Part shown: positions 51,034 to 60,910 of the stretch, piece after piece
How the letters are laid out: each line of letters begins with the position of its first letter
How positions within the stretch are numbered: the stretch's first letter is position 1
Assembly (NCBI GenBank): GCA_036528635.1
Contig: JAIGNE010000024.1
Location: forward strand, 133,079 to 197,078
DNA from: Deltaproteobacteria bacterium
GTDB taxonomy: Bacteria; Desulfobacterota; Syntrophia; Syntrophales; Smithellaceae
Reading direction: 5' to 3'
DNA: 64,000 bases
Position numbers and translations under genes: made by a program
The notes under the pieces: generated by a model
Database searches by the model: none
The model's input: the letters and a program-made list of their open reading frames with translations, nothing else
Told to the model about the DNA's origin: nothing

Positions 51034-52269
51034 ATGGAAGATTTGTCTTTACTGCAGAAATCATTTGAAAGCTTCAATAAGGCGACCGCGGAACTGGAGC
51101 GTGCCTATGCACGCCTGGAAGAAAGGTTTGCCTCTCTGAATCGGGAACTGGAAGCCAAAAATGCCGAGCTTTTGAAAACCATCGAGGAAAAAGAACAGAC
51201 CAAGAACTATCTGCAAAATATTCTGGAGAGCCTGATTAACGGCGTGATTGTGACGGATCTCGCCGGCCGGATTTCGACACTCAATTCCTGCGCGGAATCT
51301 TTTACGGGCGCGCAGCAGGCCGATGTGATCGGCCGGCACATCAGCGTACTGTTTGAGTCAATGCCGGTCCTTGACTGGCAGGCGATTAACCTGCCTGAAT
51401 ACTTCAAGGGAGAAGCGGGTCATAAAGTAAAGATCGGTGGACGAACGCTTGAAATATTCTGTTCTCCTTTTAAATCACCCGCAGGCCAGGTCATCGGACA
51501 TGTTTTTGCTCTGCGTGACATGACGCGCATCGAAAAGTTGGAAGAGATGGCCAAGCGCACAGAAAAATTCGCCGCGATGGGCGAGATGGCCGCCAATATT
51601 GCTCATGAAGTGCGCAATCCTTTGGGCAGCATTGAACTGTTTGCTTCGCTGCTTTTGAAGAACCTGGTGGAGAAGAAAGACCGGGAGCGCGCTCTCCAGA
51701 TTATTTCATCCGTCAAGAATGTCGACAATAAAATATCCAATCTTTTGCTCTTTACCCGCCGGCCGTCACCGCAAATGAAGGAGATTCATTTGCATCAGAT
51801 CCTGAAGGACGTCATCGATTTTTCCGAGCAGATCATAGAGCAGGCGGGAATTGACATCTCCGTGCAGTTGGCGGCGAGCGACATCCTGGTTTCAGCCGAC
51901 GCAGAAATGCTCAAACAGGTTTTTCTAAACATTATTCTCAATGCGCAGCAGGCCATGCCGGAAGGCGGGAGGCTGTGCATTGTCACCCGCCTGGCGCCCA
52001 AAAGTCTTCTGGAGCCGCGGGAACAGATTGCCGAAATAATATTCCAGGACGCCGGACCGGGAATTCCTCCTCAGGATATCTCCAGAATATTTGATCCTTT
52101 TTTCAGTACCAGGGAAAGCGGTTCGGGACTGGGGCTGGCGATTGTTCACAATATTGTTAGCGAGCATAATGGTTCCATATCCGTGGAAAATGCACGCGCC
52201 GGAGGTATGATCGTGACTATCAACCTGCCCGCTGTGATCCGAAGCGGAATAGCATGGGAGAGTATCTAA
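51034..52269 (+). CDS. cytoplasmic PAS-domain sensor histidine kinase (FlrB/FleS/FlgS-like by context)
   Basis: Coiled coil, PAS domain (NGVIVTDLAGRISTLNSCAESFTG), HisKA domain (ANIAHEVRNPL) and HATPase domain (DAGPGI..GSGLGLAIV). There are no TM segments. Confidence 0.88.
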   Translation: MEDLSLLQKSFESFNKATAELERAYARLEERFASLNRELEAKNAELLKTIEEKEQTKNYLQNILESLINGVIVTDLAGRISTLNSCAESFTGAQQADVIGRHISVLFESMPVLDWQAINLPEYFKGEAGHKVKIGGRTLEIFCSPFKSPAGQVIGHVFALRDMTRIEKLEEMAKRTEKFAAMGEMAANIAHEVRNPLGSIELFASLLLKNLVEKKDRERALQIISSVKNVDNKISNLLLFTRRPSPQMKEIHLHQILKDVIDFSEQIIEQAGIDISVQLAASDILVSADAEMLKQVFLNIILNAQQAMPEGGRLCIVTRLAPKSLLEPREQIAEIIFQDAGPGIPPQDISRIFDPFFSTRESGSGLGLAIVHNIVSEHNGSISVENARAGGMIVTINLPAVIRSGIAWESI

Positions 52270-53676
52270 ATGTCAAATGCGGAAAGATTGTTGATTGTCG
52301 ATGATGATTCGTCCATGCGCATGGCGCTTTATGAATCCTTGAGCAGCTGCGGTTACGACGTGGAAACGGCCGAAAACGGCGCCGACGCGCTGGTTAAATT
52401 CAAGAGCGGACAATTTGCCGGCGTAGTAACGGACATGCGGATGCCGAAAATGAGCGGCATGGATGTTTTGAGAGGTGTCAAGCGGATTTCGCCCGAAACA
52501 CCTGTTATCCTGATTACCGCTTACGGGACCGTCAATACGGCGGTGGAAGCCATGAAGGAAGGTGCTTCCGAGTTTATCATGAAGCCGTTCTCTCTCGATG
52601 ACCTCGAATTTGCGGTCAAAAATGTCCTGGCTGCCAATATGCAATCAAAGACGGATAAAGATGAAGAAGCGGCAGGCAATACCCACCCTCATAAGGAAAT
52701 TATTACACAGGACAAGAATATTCTGGCTTTGCTCGACATGCTCAAAAGTGTTGCCAAAAGCAAATCCAGTATTCTCATTCAGGGGGAAAGCGGAACAGGA
52801 AAAGAATTGTTTGCGCGCTTTGTTTATCGCCACAGCAACCGCCGCCAGATGCCTTTTGTCGCAGTGAATTGTGCGGCTATTCCCGCGCAGCTTCTGGAAA
52901 GTGAAATGTTTGGTTATGAAAAAGGCGCGTTTACCGGAGCGACCGTAAAAAAAATTGGCAAGTTTGAATTGGCCGACGGCGGGACGCTTCTTTTGGATGA
53001 AATATCGGAAATGGACATTCAACTCCAGGCAAAGTTGCTTCGGGTCATTCAGGAATCGGAAGTGGACCGGCTGGGTGGTAAAATGCCTGTTGCGGTCGAT
53101 GTGCGGCTCATCGCGACCACCAATGCCGATCTCCAGAATCGAATACTTCAGAAATCGTTTCGCAGCGATCTCTATTACCGGCTGAACGTCATCCCGGTCA
53201 TCGTGCCGCCGCTTCGTGAAAGAAACGGCGACGTGATCATCCTTGCGGAGCATTTTATCAAAAAGTACAGTGAAGTGAATGAAAAAAAAGAACCGGTGCT
53301 GACCGCAGAAGCAAAAGCTTCCCTTCAGGCCTATTCCTGGCCGGGCAATGTTCGTGAATTGGAAAATGTCATCGAAAGGGCTGTTTTGATCTGTTCCAAT
53401 GATCAGATTACGTCATCAAATTTGTTTATGGAGAAAAATGAATCCTCCGGAAATCGGCAAACCATGCAAAACGATGACGAAACAAAATCATGTCAGGAAA
53501 TTGACGGAGGACAGAAAAATACGTTATATGAAATGGAAAAAAACATGATTTTTGACACATTGAATAAAGTCAACTGGAACAAAACAAAAGCCTCAAAGAT
53601 ACTGGGAATCAGTGTTCGCACGATGCGCAACAAGTTAAATGAATACGGGATAAAAGATGCGAACCCTGACGATTAA
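52270..53676 (+). CDS. NtrC-family sigma-54-dependent response regulator (FlrC/FleR/FlgR-like by context)
   Basis: REC domain (LLIVDDD..GVVTDMRMPKMSG), AAA+ domain (GESGTGKE, GAFTGA) and a Fis-type HTH. The ATG directly abuts the kinase stop codon. Confidence 0.92.
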   Translation: MSNAERLLIVDDDSSMRMALYESLSSCGYDVETAENGADALVKFKSGQFAGVVTDMRMPKMSGMDVLRGVKRISPETPVILITAYGTVNTAVEAMKEGASEFIMKPFSLDDLEFAVKNVLAANMQSKTDKDEEAAGNTHPHKEIITQDKNILALLDMLKSVAKSKSSILIQGESGTGKELFARFVYRHSNRRQMPFVAVNCAAIPAQLLESEMFGYEKGAFTGATVKKIGKFELADGGTLLLDEISEMDIQLQAKLLRVIQESEVDRLGGKMPVAVDVRLIATTNADLQNRILQKSFRSDLYYRLNVIPVIVPPLRERNGDVIILAEHFIKKYSEVNEKKEPVLTAEAKASLQAYSWPGNVRELENVIERAVLICSNDQITSSNLFMEKNESSGNRQTMQNDDETKSCQEIDGGQKNTLYEMEKNMIFDTLNKVNWNKTKASKILGISVRTMRNKLNEYGIKDANPDD

Positions 53677-53686
53677 TTAATGAGAC

Positions 53687-53702
53687 TGGTATGCGATTTG
53701 CA
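53687..53702 (+). promoter_or_regulatory. sigma-54 promoter of the flgB operon
   Basis: TGGTATGCGATTTGCA, 26 nt upstream of the flgB ATG. Confidence 0.75.
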
Positions 53703-53727
53703 AAGTAAACGGGCAGAGGGATAGAGC

Positions 53728-54108
53728 ATGGAAAGGTTATTCGGGAAAACATTTAATCTGCTGGGCACACTGATGGATTACCGATCGGAGCGCAATAAAG
53801 TTATTACCTCTAATATCGCTAATTTGGATACGCCCGATTATAAACCGTCCGATTATGTTTTTAAAGAAGACCTGAAGAAAGCGATGGACGTCCGGATCAA
53901 CCTCGTCAGAACCGATGAGAAACATTTTCCTAATGCCATGGACGAAATTTCCAAAAATGACTTTAAAAAGGTCACCTCTGATGAAAAGGTCGATCTCGAT
54001 CACGAAATGACCAATATGGCCGAAAACCATTTAATGTATAACTTAACAACGGAGCTATTGGCGCGTAAATTTAAGGGCATTCGCAACGTTTTGACGGATA
54101 CAAAATAG
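53728..54108 (+). CDS. flgB: flagellar basal-body rod protein FlgB
   Basis: SNIANLDTPDYKP rod-protein N-terminal motif. 126 aa. First gene of the flgBC-fliE order. Confidence 0.9.
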   Translation: MERLFGKTFNLLGTLMDYRSERNKVITSNIANLDTPDYKPSDYVFKEDLKKAMDVRINLVRTDEKHFPNAMDEISKNDFKKVTSDEKVDLDHEMTNMAENHLMYNLTTELLARKFKGIRNVLTDTK

Positions 54109-54132
54109 AACGTTTTTAACGGAGAGTAACTC

Positions 54133-54558
54133 ATGGAATTTTTGACGACATTTAAAATTACCGGCAGCGGCCTTTCCGCTCAGCGAAAAAAAATGGACGT
54201 GATCAGCAGCAATATCGCCAATGTTTCCACGACCAGTACGCCGGAGGGCGGACCCTATAAAAGAAAGGTCATGTCCTTTGCCTCAGATCCCCTGGAGAAA
54301 GGTTTTGACCTGGATTTGAAAGATGCCGTCAACGCCGTTAAAGTGGGCCAGGTGGCGGATGAGAAGGAAGGTTTTAAAAAAGTATTCGATCCGGCGCATC
54401 CCGACGCGGATAAAGAAGGTTTTGTCACATTGCCCAACGTCAACCTGATGCTGGAAATGACGGATCTGATCACGGCAAGCCGCGCGTATGAGGCCAATGC
54501 AACGGCGTTTGATGCCATGAAAAACATGGCGCTCAAAGCCATGGATATCGGTAAATAA
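54133..54558 (+). CDS. flgC: flagellar basal-body rod protein FlgC
   Basis: SGLSAQRKKMDVISSNIANVSTT and a C-terminal ..MTDLITASRAYEAN. Confidence 0.92.
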   Translation: MEFLTTFKITGSGLSAQRKKMDVISSNIANVSTTSTPEGGPYKRKVMSFASDPLEKGFDLDLKDAVNAVKVGQVADEKEGFKKVFDPAHPDADKEGFVTLPNVNLMLEMTDLITASRAYEANATAFDAMKNMALKAMDIGK

Positions 54559-54588
54559 AATTATTCATTATGGGATGGAGTCAAAGTT

Positions 54589-54906
54589 ATGACAGACGAT
54601 CTATTCATTCGCAGCAACGTTGAACCGCTCAAACCCCTGACCGGTCTGGAACCGAAAAAGGCCGGAGGCGACCAATCGCCCGAAGGCACATCGTTCGGTT
54701 CGGTTCTGAAGGATGCGATTATGGATATCAACAAGCTGCAAAATGATGCGGATAAGGCGATTGCCACCGTGCAACTGGAAGATGCGGGTTCCATCCATGA
54801 TGCGATGATTGCATTGGAAAAAGCGGGTATTTCCTTTCAGGTCATGATGCAGGTACGCAACAAGATTCTGGATGCTTATCAGGAAGTCATGCGGATGCAG
54901 GTTTAA
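54589..54906 (+). CDS. fliE: flagellar hook-basal body complex protein FliE
   Basis: 105 aa with SFGSVLKDAI..IHDAMIALEKAGISFQVMMQVRNKILDAYQEVMRMQ. Confidence 0.9.
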   Translation: MTDDLFIRSNVEPLKPLTGLEPKKAGGDQSPEGTSFGSVLKDAIMDINKLQNDADKAIATVQLEDAGSIHDAMIALEKAGISFQVMMQVRNKILDAYQEVMRMQV

Positions 54907-54932
54907 CGACCGCGTTATAACGGGATGGGTTC

Positions 54933-56474
54933 ATGGATTCAATTAATCAAGCATTGTCTAAACTATGGAATGGATTTGAATCGCTGAGTTCCGGCAAAAA
55001 AATATCCATCATCATGGTTCTGCTGATCACGGCAGCCAGTATTTTTTTGCTCGTTTATCTGACGACTCAAGTCGAATACCGGGTTTTATTCTCAAATCTT
55101 TCCAATGAAGACGCCGGTAACATCGTCAGCAAATTAAGCGAAAAGAAAATTCCCTACAAGGTCTCGTCATCGGGCGGAGCCATTTCCGTACCGGCGGAGA
55201 AGGTATCGGAATTGCGGCTCGAGCTGGCTGCAGCAGGGTTGCCGCAGGGCGGCGGCGTCGGCTTCGAAATATTCGACAATAAAACACTCGGGGCGACGGA
55301 ATTTGAGCAGCAGCTCAATTACCGCCGCGCCCTGCAGGGAGAACTCTCCCGGACGATTAACGGCCTGGATGAAATTCAATCCAGCCGTGTGCATCTCGCG
55401 CTTCCCAAAGATTCTCTCTTTACCGAGCAGCAGAAAAAAGCAACAGCGTCGGTGACGCTCCGGCTGAAATCGGGCAAAAGCCTCCGTCCGGCGCAGATCG
55501 ACGGCATTGTTCATCTGGTGGCGAGTTCCATTGAAGGAATGAATCCCGAAGACGTCATGGTGGTGGATTCGCGCGGCGCTATCCTGTCCGTCAAACAAAG
55601 CGACAGCAAACTGTCCAAATTGACGACGCAGCAAATCGATTTTCAGCGGAATATGGAAAAGGATCTGGCAGCGCGCATTCAAACGATGCTGGAAAACGTC
55701 GTCGGACAGGGCAAGGCCGCTGTCAGGGTGACGGCGGAACTTGATTTCCGGATTATGGAAAAAACGGAAGAAACCTATGATCCGGAAGCACAGGTCGTTC
55801 GCAGTACGCAGCGCAATTCAGAAAAAGAAAACGCGGTGACGACCGCGGGGGCGGTTTCCGATAATCCCAAAAAAGAAAAGCTCGATGAAATCATCAATTA
55901 TGAAATTAACAAGGTCGTCAGCAAGACCGTGATGCCGGTGGGTGAAACGAAGAAACTGTCTATTGCTGTTCTGGTGGACGGCAAATATAAGAAGAATGAT
56001 AAAAACGAAGAAGTTTATCAGGCGCTGACGAAAAATGAAGTAGAATCCCTGGAAGACCTGGTGCGCAAATCAGCAGGTTTTAATGCCCAGCGGGGTGATC
56101 AGGTCGTGGTGACCAATATGCCTTTCCGGCGCGTGGAAGCGGAAGAAGCGGAAGCTGCATCCCTGCAGGAAAACATTGAAACCTTCTCTCCGGTTTTGAA
56201 GTATATCGGTATCTTTGCTCTTGTCGCCTTAATCCTGATGTTTGTCCTTCGTCCCATGCTCAAAAGCATTATGAGCAGCGCTCCGGTTCATGGAATGGCC
56301 GAAGCACGCATCCCCGTCGGAGCGGCGGCGGATGAGTACAGGCGGCAGGCGGGGGCGGAGGCCTTACGCCAGGGAGGGACCGATCGGTCGATGACGGAAG
56401 CTGAAATCACCAGGGAAATGGCGCGGGCTGATGCAAAACAATTTGCCGATATTCTACGCAACTGGATCAAGTAA
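54933..56474 (+). CDS. fliF: flagellar M-ring protein FliF
   Basis: 513 aa with an N-terminal TM helix, ELAAAGLPQGGGVGFEIFD, SSRVHLALP and a C-terminal TM helix. Confidence 0.92.
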   Translation: MDSINQALSKLWNGFESLSSGKKISIIMVLLITAASIFLLVYLTTQVEYRVLFSNLSNEDAGNIVSKLSEKKIPYKVSSSGGAISVPAEKVSELRLELAAAGLPQGGGVGFEIFDNKTLGATEFEQQLNYRRALQGELSRTINGLDEIQSSRVHLALPKDSLFTEQQKKATASVTLRLKSGKSLRPAQIDGIVHLVASSIEGMNPEDVMVVDSRGAILSVKQSDSKLSKLTTQQIDFQRNMEKDLAARIQTMLENVVGQGKAAVRVTAELDFRIMEKTEETYDPEAQVVRSTQRNSEKENAVTTAGAVSDNPKKEKLDEIINYEINKVVSKTVMPVGETKKLSIAVLVDGKYKKNDKNEEVYQALTKNEVESLEDLVRKSAGFNAQRGDQVVVTNMPFRRVEAEEAEAASLQENIETFSPVLKYIGIFALVALILMFVLRPMLKSIMSSAPVHGMAEARIPVGAAADEYRRQAGAEALRQGGTDRSMTEAEITREMARADAKQFADILRNWIK

Positions 56475-56513
56475 AACAACGGACAGCAGAATCTCCATAT
56501 TATTGAGGCAATC

Positions 56514-57506
56514 ATGACAGGTGAAGAAAAAGCGGCTATTCTGCTTTTATCGTTGGACGAAGATCTGGCGGCTAATGTGATGAAAAATCTACGGCCGTCG
56601 GAAATCCGCAGGCTTGGCAAACAGATGAGCAAGGTATCCAATATTCCGGCGGAAACCGTCGGCTCAGTCGCCAAAGAATTTTGCACGATGGCCAAGGAAC
56701 TTGGCGGAATGATCACGGTTCGCGACGGCGCTCCGAAAAATCTCATGGTCAAGGCACTGGGTGAGAAAGACGCAGAAACAATCATCAACCAGGTGGACAG
56801 TTCAGCCTTTGACAATCCGATCATCGACAAACTGCATGACATCGATCCAAAAGTCATGGCGGAATTTACACGCACGGAACATCCGCAGACCATTGCCCTG
56901 ATCATGGTGCACTTGAAACCAGAAAAGGCTGCCCAGGTTTTGGAACATTTCTCACCGGCCATTCAGTACGAAATCACGAAGCGCATGGCGACGCTCAAGA
57001 GCGTACCCCGCGAATTTATCGAAGAAGTGGCCAAGACGCTGGAGAAAGAACTGATTTCAGGAAACTCCAGCGATTTGCAAATGGGCGGTGTGCAGGTCAT
57101 TGCCGATATCTTGAACCGGATGAACCGCTCCACGGAAAATGGCATCATGACATCCCTGGAGGATTCCGATCCGGAACTGGCTGCACAAATACGCAATTTC
57201 ATGTTCAGCTTTGATGATGTTTTGAAACTTGACGACAAATCCTTACAGGAACTGATGAAAGATGTCAGCGCCGAAGACCTGTCCCGGGCACTGAAATTAG
57301 TTGATGAGGGACAGCGCGATAAGATCTTCAAGAATATGTCCAAGCGCGGAGCCGAAATGCTCAAGGAAGAGATATCACTGATGCCCCCGATCAGACTGTC
57401 GGAAGTTGAAGCCAGCCAGCGGAAAATCGTCGAAACAACGAAAAAACTCGAAGCGGAAGGCAGAATTGTTATTTTGCGTGGTGATGAAAAGGATGGATTC
57501 GTATAA
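56514..57506 (+). CDS. fliG: flagellar motor switch protein FliG
   Basis: GEEKAAILLLSLDEDLAA..HPQTIALIM..MFSFDDV..RGAEMLKEE. Confidence 0.93.
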   Translation: MTGEEKAAILLLSLDEDLAANVMKNLRPSEIRRLGKQMSKVSNIPAETVGSVAKEFCTMAKELGGMITVRDGAPKNLMVKALGEKDAETIINQVDSSAFDNPIIDKLHDIDPKVMAEFTRTEHPQTIALIMVHLKPEKAAQVLEHFSPAIQYEITKRMATLKSVPREFIEEVAKTLEKELISGNSSDLQMGGVQVIADILNRMNRSTENGIMTSLEDSDPELAAQIRNFMFSFDDVLKLDDKSLQELMKDVSAEDLSRALKLVDEGQRDKIFKNMSKRGAEMLKEEISLMPPIRLSEVEASQRKIVETTKKLEAEGRIVILRGDEKDGFV

Positions 57507-58170
57507 GCGAAATGTGATCAAAGCCGGTGAAGTCATCAATACCGGTAAACCAGTGCCGCTGTCCGGCGCCGTGAAAAATATCCCGGTTGTCGACAGCAGC
57601 AGGGGAAAACAACCTGCGGGGCAGGCTTCACCGAATAATCAAGCCGCGGAAAAATCAGTTTCGGTCACGGATAGCCACATCAAAAAAATCGAGCAGGAGG
57701 CCTACCGAAAGGGTTATGCGGACGGACTCAAGACTCAGAATAAGGATATCGCGGCGAAGCTCGATGCTCTGGCGTCCATAACCAGGACGCTTCCTCAAAT
57801 CAAGAAAGATATTCTGGAAAAAGGCGAAGAGCAAATGGTCAAACTGTCCCTGGCGATTGCTGAAAAAATCCTCCAGCAGGAAGTATCGACCCGTAAGGAA
57901 ATTATCATGGACGTTCTCAAGGGGGCGTTAAAAAATATTGCGGAGACGGACGGGATGAAAATCCGCCTCAATCCGCAGGATTTCCGTTATATGATGGAAG
58001 TAAAAAAAGAATTCCTTCAGTCCTTCGACGGGATCCGAAATATGGTTTTTGAAGAAGATTCTTCCATTAAGAGGGGCGGCGCCGTTGTGGAAACCCAGTT
58101 TGGCGAGGTTGATGCCCGCCTGGAAAACCAGCTCAGGGAAATCAAGACAGCAATGTTGCACGCGAAATAA
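57484..58170 (+). CDS. fliH: flagellar assembly protein FliH
   Basis: It sits between fliG and fliI. Its C-terminus is FliH-like (..LSLAIAEKILQQEV..IRLNPQD..GGAVVETQFGEVDARLENQL). The start is at 57484 or 57493, overlapping the fliG stop. Confidence 0.75.
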   Translation: MKRMDSYKRNVIKAGEVINTGKPVPLSGAVKNIPVVDSSRGKQPAGQASPNNQAAEKSVSVTDSHIKKIEQEAYRKGYADGLKTQNKDIAAKLDALASITRTLPQIKKDILEKGEEQMVKLSLAIAEKILQQEVSTRKEIIMDVLKGALKNIAETDGMKIRLNPQDFRYMMEVKKEFLQSFDGIRNMVFEEDSSIKRGGAVVETQFGEVDARLENQLREIKTAMLHAK

Positions 58171-58185
58171 TTTCAGGAAAAAAAG

Positions 58186-59511
58186 ATGAATGAACCGCTC
58201 ATAGATCTTTCCCGTTATGAATCCATTTTAAACCGGATCAATCCGATTCGGGTTAACGGCAAGGTAAGTGAGATCATCGGTCTCATGGTCCAGGGTAATG
58301 GTCCCGCCGCGTCAATCGGCGAAGTCTGCGGTATCGTACCGGTCAACAGTGATACGCCGGTGGAAGCCGAAGTCGTCGGTTTCAAAAACGGCCGGGTTCT
58401 CCTGATGCCATTGGAAAGCATTCAGGGATTGGGACCCGGATGTAAAATTCTTTCGATGGGACACAAAGCGGGCATCGGTGTCGGCAAGGGTCTTTTAGGC
58501 CGGGTGATTAACGGTCTGGGGAATCCGATTGATAACAAGGGACCGATCCATCTGGAGGATGAATATCCCATTTATGCCGAGCCCATCAATCCATTGGATC
58601 GCGGCCGGATCAAAGATCCCATGGATCTTGGCATTCGGGCGATTAACGGCCTTTTTACCTGCGGCAAAGGACAGAGAATGGGCATCTTCGCCGGCTCCGG
58701 TGTCGGAAAAAGCGTTCTGATGGGCATGATTGCTCGCAATACAAAGGCGGATGTCAATGTCATCGGCCTGATTGGAGAACGGGGCAGGGAAGTCCGCGAA
58801 TTTCTGGAAAAGAATCTGGGCGAGGAGGGTCTGGCACGCTCTGTCGTTGTCGTCGCGGCGTCGGATATGCATCCTTTAATCCGCATGAGAGCGGCCTATG
58901 TGGCAACGGCGGTTTCAGAATATTTCCGGGATCAGGGGAAGGATGTTCTTTTGATGGTGGATTCATTGACCCGTTTTGCGATGGCGCAGAGAGAAGTCGG
59001 TCTTTCCGTCGGTGAACCTCCGACAACAAAAGGATACACGCCATCCGTGTTCAGCCTGCTGCCGAAACTTCTGGAGAGATCCGGCATCGTCGAAGGTGTG
59101 GGCAGTATTACGGGGCTCTATACCATTTTAGTCGAGGGGGATGATTTTAATGAACCGATATCAGACGCGGCCCGTTCCATTCTGGATGGTCACATCTCGC
59201 TTTCGCGCAGCCTGGCCAACAAAAATCACTACCCGGCGATTGACGTTCTGCAAAGCATCAGCCGCGTCATGATTGATATAGTGGACAGCGAGCATAAAAC
59301 GAAGGCCAATGATCTGATGAATATTATTTCCACCCACAAAAAAGCGGAAGACATCATCAATATCGGCGCCTACGTGAGCGGTTCCAATGCAGGAATCGAT
59401 TACGCCATCAGAATGGTGGACAAAGTCAATGCGTTCTTACGCCAGAATATTGATGAAAAAATTGAATTTGTTCAGGCGAAAAAGCAACTGCTGGAACTGT
59501 TTAAAGAATAA
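58186..59511 (+). CDS. fliI: flagellum-specific ATPase FliI
   Basis: Walker A GSGVGKS and Walker B LLMVDSLTR, with a T3SS ATPase fold. 441 aa. Confidence 0.93.
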   Translation: MNEPLIDLSRYESILNRINPIRVNGKVSEIIGLMVQGNGPAASIGEVCGIVPVNSDTPVEAEVVGFKNGRVLLMPLESIQGLGPGCKILSMGHKAGIGVGKGLLGRVINGLGNPIDNKGPIHLEDEYPIYAEPINPLDRGRIKDPMDLGIRAINGLFTCGKGQRMGIFAGSGVGKSVLMGMIARNTKADVNVIGLIGERGREVREFLEKNLGEEGLARSVVVVAASDMHPLIRMRAAYVATAVSEYFRDQGKDVLLMVDSLTRFAMAQREVGLSVGEPPTTKGYTPSVFSLLPKLLERSGIVEGVGSITGLYTILVEGDDFNEPISDAARSILDGHISLSRSLANKNHYPAIDVLQSISRVMIDIVDSEHKTKANDLMNIISTHKKAEDIINIGAYVSGSNAGIDYAIRMVDKVNAFLRQNIDEKIEFVQAKKQLLELFKE

Positions 59512-59514
59512 AGA

Positions 59515-59955
59515 ATGTTTAAATTTAAATTGCAATCCGTCCTTGAATACCGTTTGAACATCGAGGAAAAAATCCTCAATGAATTTTCCGACCTCAAACG
59601 ATCCCTGGAAGAGCAAAAAGCCATATTGCGAACACTGATCGCCGAGCGGGAAAGTTTAATAAACGATTTGAGAAATATGCAACGGACCATGATGCGGGCA
59701 GACGATATTGCCACGATTGTTGCATATATTGAAAACATACGGATGAAGGAAAAAGATCAGAAAAATGTTATTCACCAAGCCAAGGAACAAGTGGAGAACA
59801 AAAGAAAAGAGTTGATGGAAGCGGTAAGAAACAGAAAAGTTATGGAAAATTTAAGAGACAAGCATGCTGAGGCGTATCACAAAAATCTCGGTGAACTGGA
59901 GCAAAAAAACTCGGACGAAATGTCCGTCTTGAAATTCGGCAGGAGAGGGACATGA
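59515..59955 (+). CDS. fliJ: flagellar export chaperone-like protein FliJ
   Basis: 146-aa coiled-coil protein starting FKFKLQSVLEYR, immediately after fliI. Confidence 0.75.
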   Translation: MFKFKLQSVLEYRLNIEEKILNEFSDLKRSLEEQKAILRTLIAERESLINDLRNMQRTMMRADDIATIVAYIENIRMKEKDQKNVIHQAKEQVENKRKELMEAVRNRKVMENLRDKHAEAYHKNLGELEQKNSDEMSVLKFGRRGT

Positions 59956-60587
59956 AAAAAATTATTATTGTAGCTCAGGTATTTATTGCCGTCTTGATTC
60001 TTGTCAAAGTGGCATCTGTTTTCGGTATTCTGAAGAAAGGAGATTATTTTACCGAGGCGGCATCCATTGCCACGCAAGCCGTGGCGCAGACCAAAACACC
60101 CGATATAGCGGCAGCCAAGGCTAAGGCCCCGACCACGGTTGTGTCAAATGCTTTACCGGCTAAAGACGCCATGTCGGACATATTGACGGAGCAAAGGGAT
60201 TTAGCGACGGCGCTCGCGGCAAAAAAAATGGAACTCGATGACCGGGAAAATGCGCTCCGCGCCGATGAACACAGATTGATGGCCATGCGCAAAGACATTA
60301 CGGAGAAAATAGCTATCTTGAAAGTCCAGGAAGAAAAGCTTGCGGCTCAAATGGATACGACGCGGGAAGAAGATATTAAGCGGTACAAGGAAATGGCGAA
60401 AGTATACGAAAACACCCCACCGGCTAAAGCCGGCCCCATGATGGAAAAGCTTGATACCAAGACCGCCGCCGGCATTACCATGAATATGAAAAAAGACAAG
60501 GCCGGCGCCTTGTGGGCTTACATCACCCCGCAAAAGGCTGTGGATATTACCAAGGAGATCACGCGCTCGGGCGGATCCCAGCAATAA
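59952..60587 (+). CDS. MotE-family / MgtE-N-like flagellar-cluster protein
   Basis: It has an N-terminal TM helix, a coiled coil and a C-terminal ..YENTPPAKAGPMMEKLDTKTAAGI.. region, as in MotE/FlbB-type proteins that follow fliJ. It overlaps fliJ by 4 nt. Confidence 0.5.
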   Translation: MKKIIIVAQVFIAVLILVKVASVFGILKKGDYFTEAASIATQAVAQTKTPDIAAAKAKAPTTVVSNALPAKDAMSDILTEQRDLATALAAKKMELDDRENALRADEHRLMAMRKDITEKIAILKVQEEKLAAQMDTTREEDIKRYKEMAKVYENTPPAKAGPMMEKLDTKTAAGITMNMKKDKAGALWAYITPQKAVDITKEITRSGGSQQ

Positions 60588-60595
60588 TGCGAATC

Positions 60596-60633
60596 GGCCG
60601 AGTATGCTTTGCTGAAGAAGCATACTCGGCCTT
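60596..60633 (+). terminator. terminator-like hairpin after the motE-like gene
   Basis: A perfect 14-bp stem pairs ggccgagtatgctt (60596-60609) with aagcatactcggcc (60618-60631). Only a weak T-run (TTAT) follows. Confidence 0.55.
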
Positions 60634-60722
60634 ATCAAACCAATAATTCCTGACCTTTTAAATCATATCGATAATACTTCAGCCCACTCACAGATACCTG
60701 ATCCATCAAACGAAAGTAGCAA

Positions 60723-60751
60723 TTGACTTGCCAATAGAACGGGTCTATGTT
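60723..60751 (+). promoter_or_regulatory. possible sigma-70-type promoter of the caspase-like gene
   Basis: TTGACT (60723-60728), a 17-nt spacer, then TATGTT (60746-60751). It lies 160 nt upstream of the ATG, in AT-rich DNA where chance matches are likely. Confidence 0.3.
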
Positions 60752-60910
60752 TTAAACATCATAAATTATCCTTGGACTGCGATGAATAATTAAATCGAAT
60801 CTTGAAATGCCGTACATAGGAATATCAAAGTTTAAAACGATAGCAAGGTAAATAAAACACATCCAGGGAATGATTGTATCTATATCATCATCGAAAAGGA
60901 GAAAAGACCG

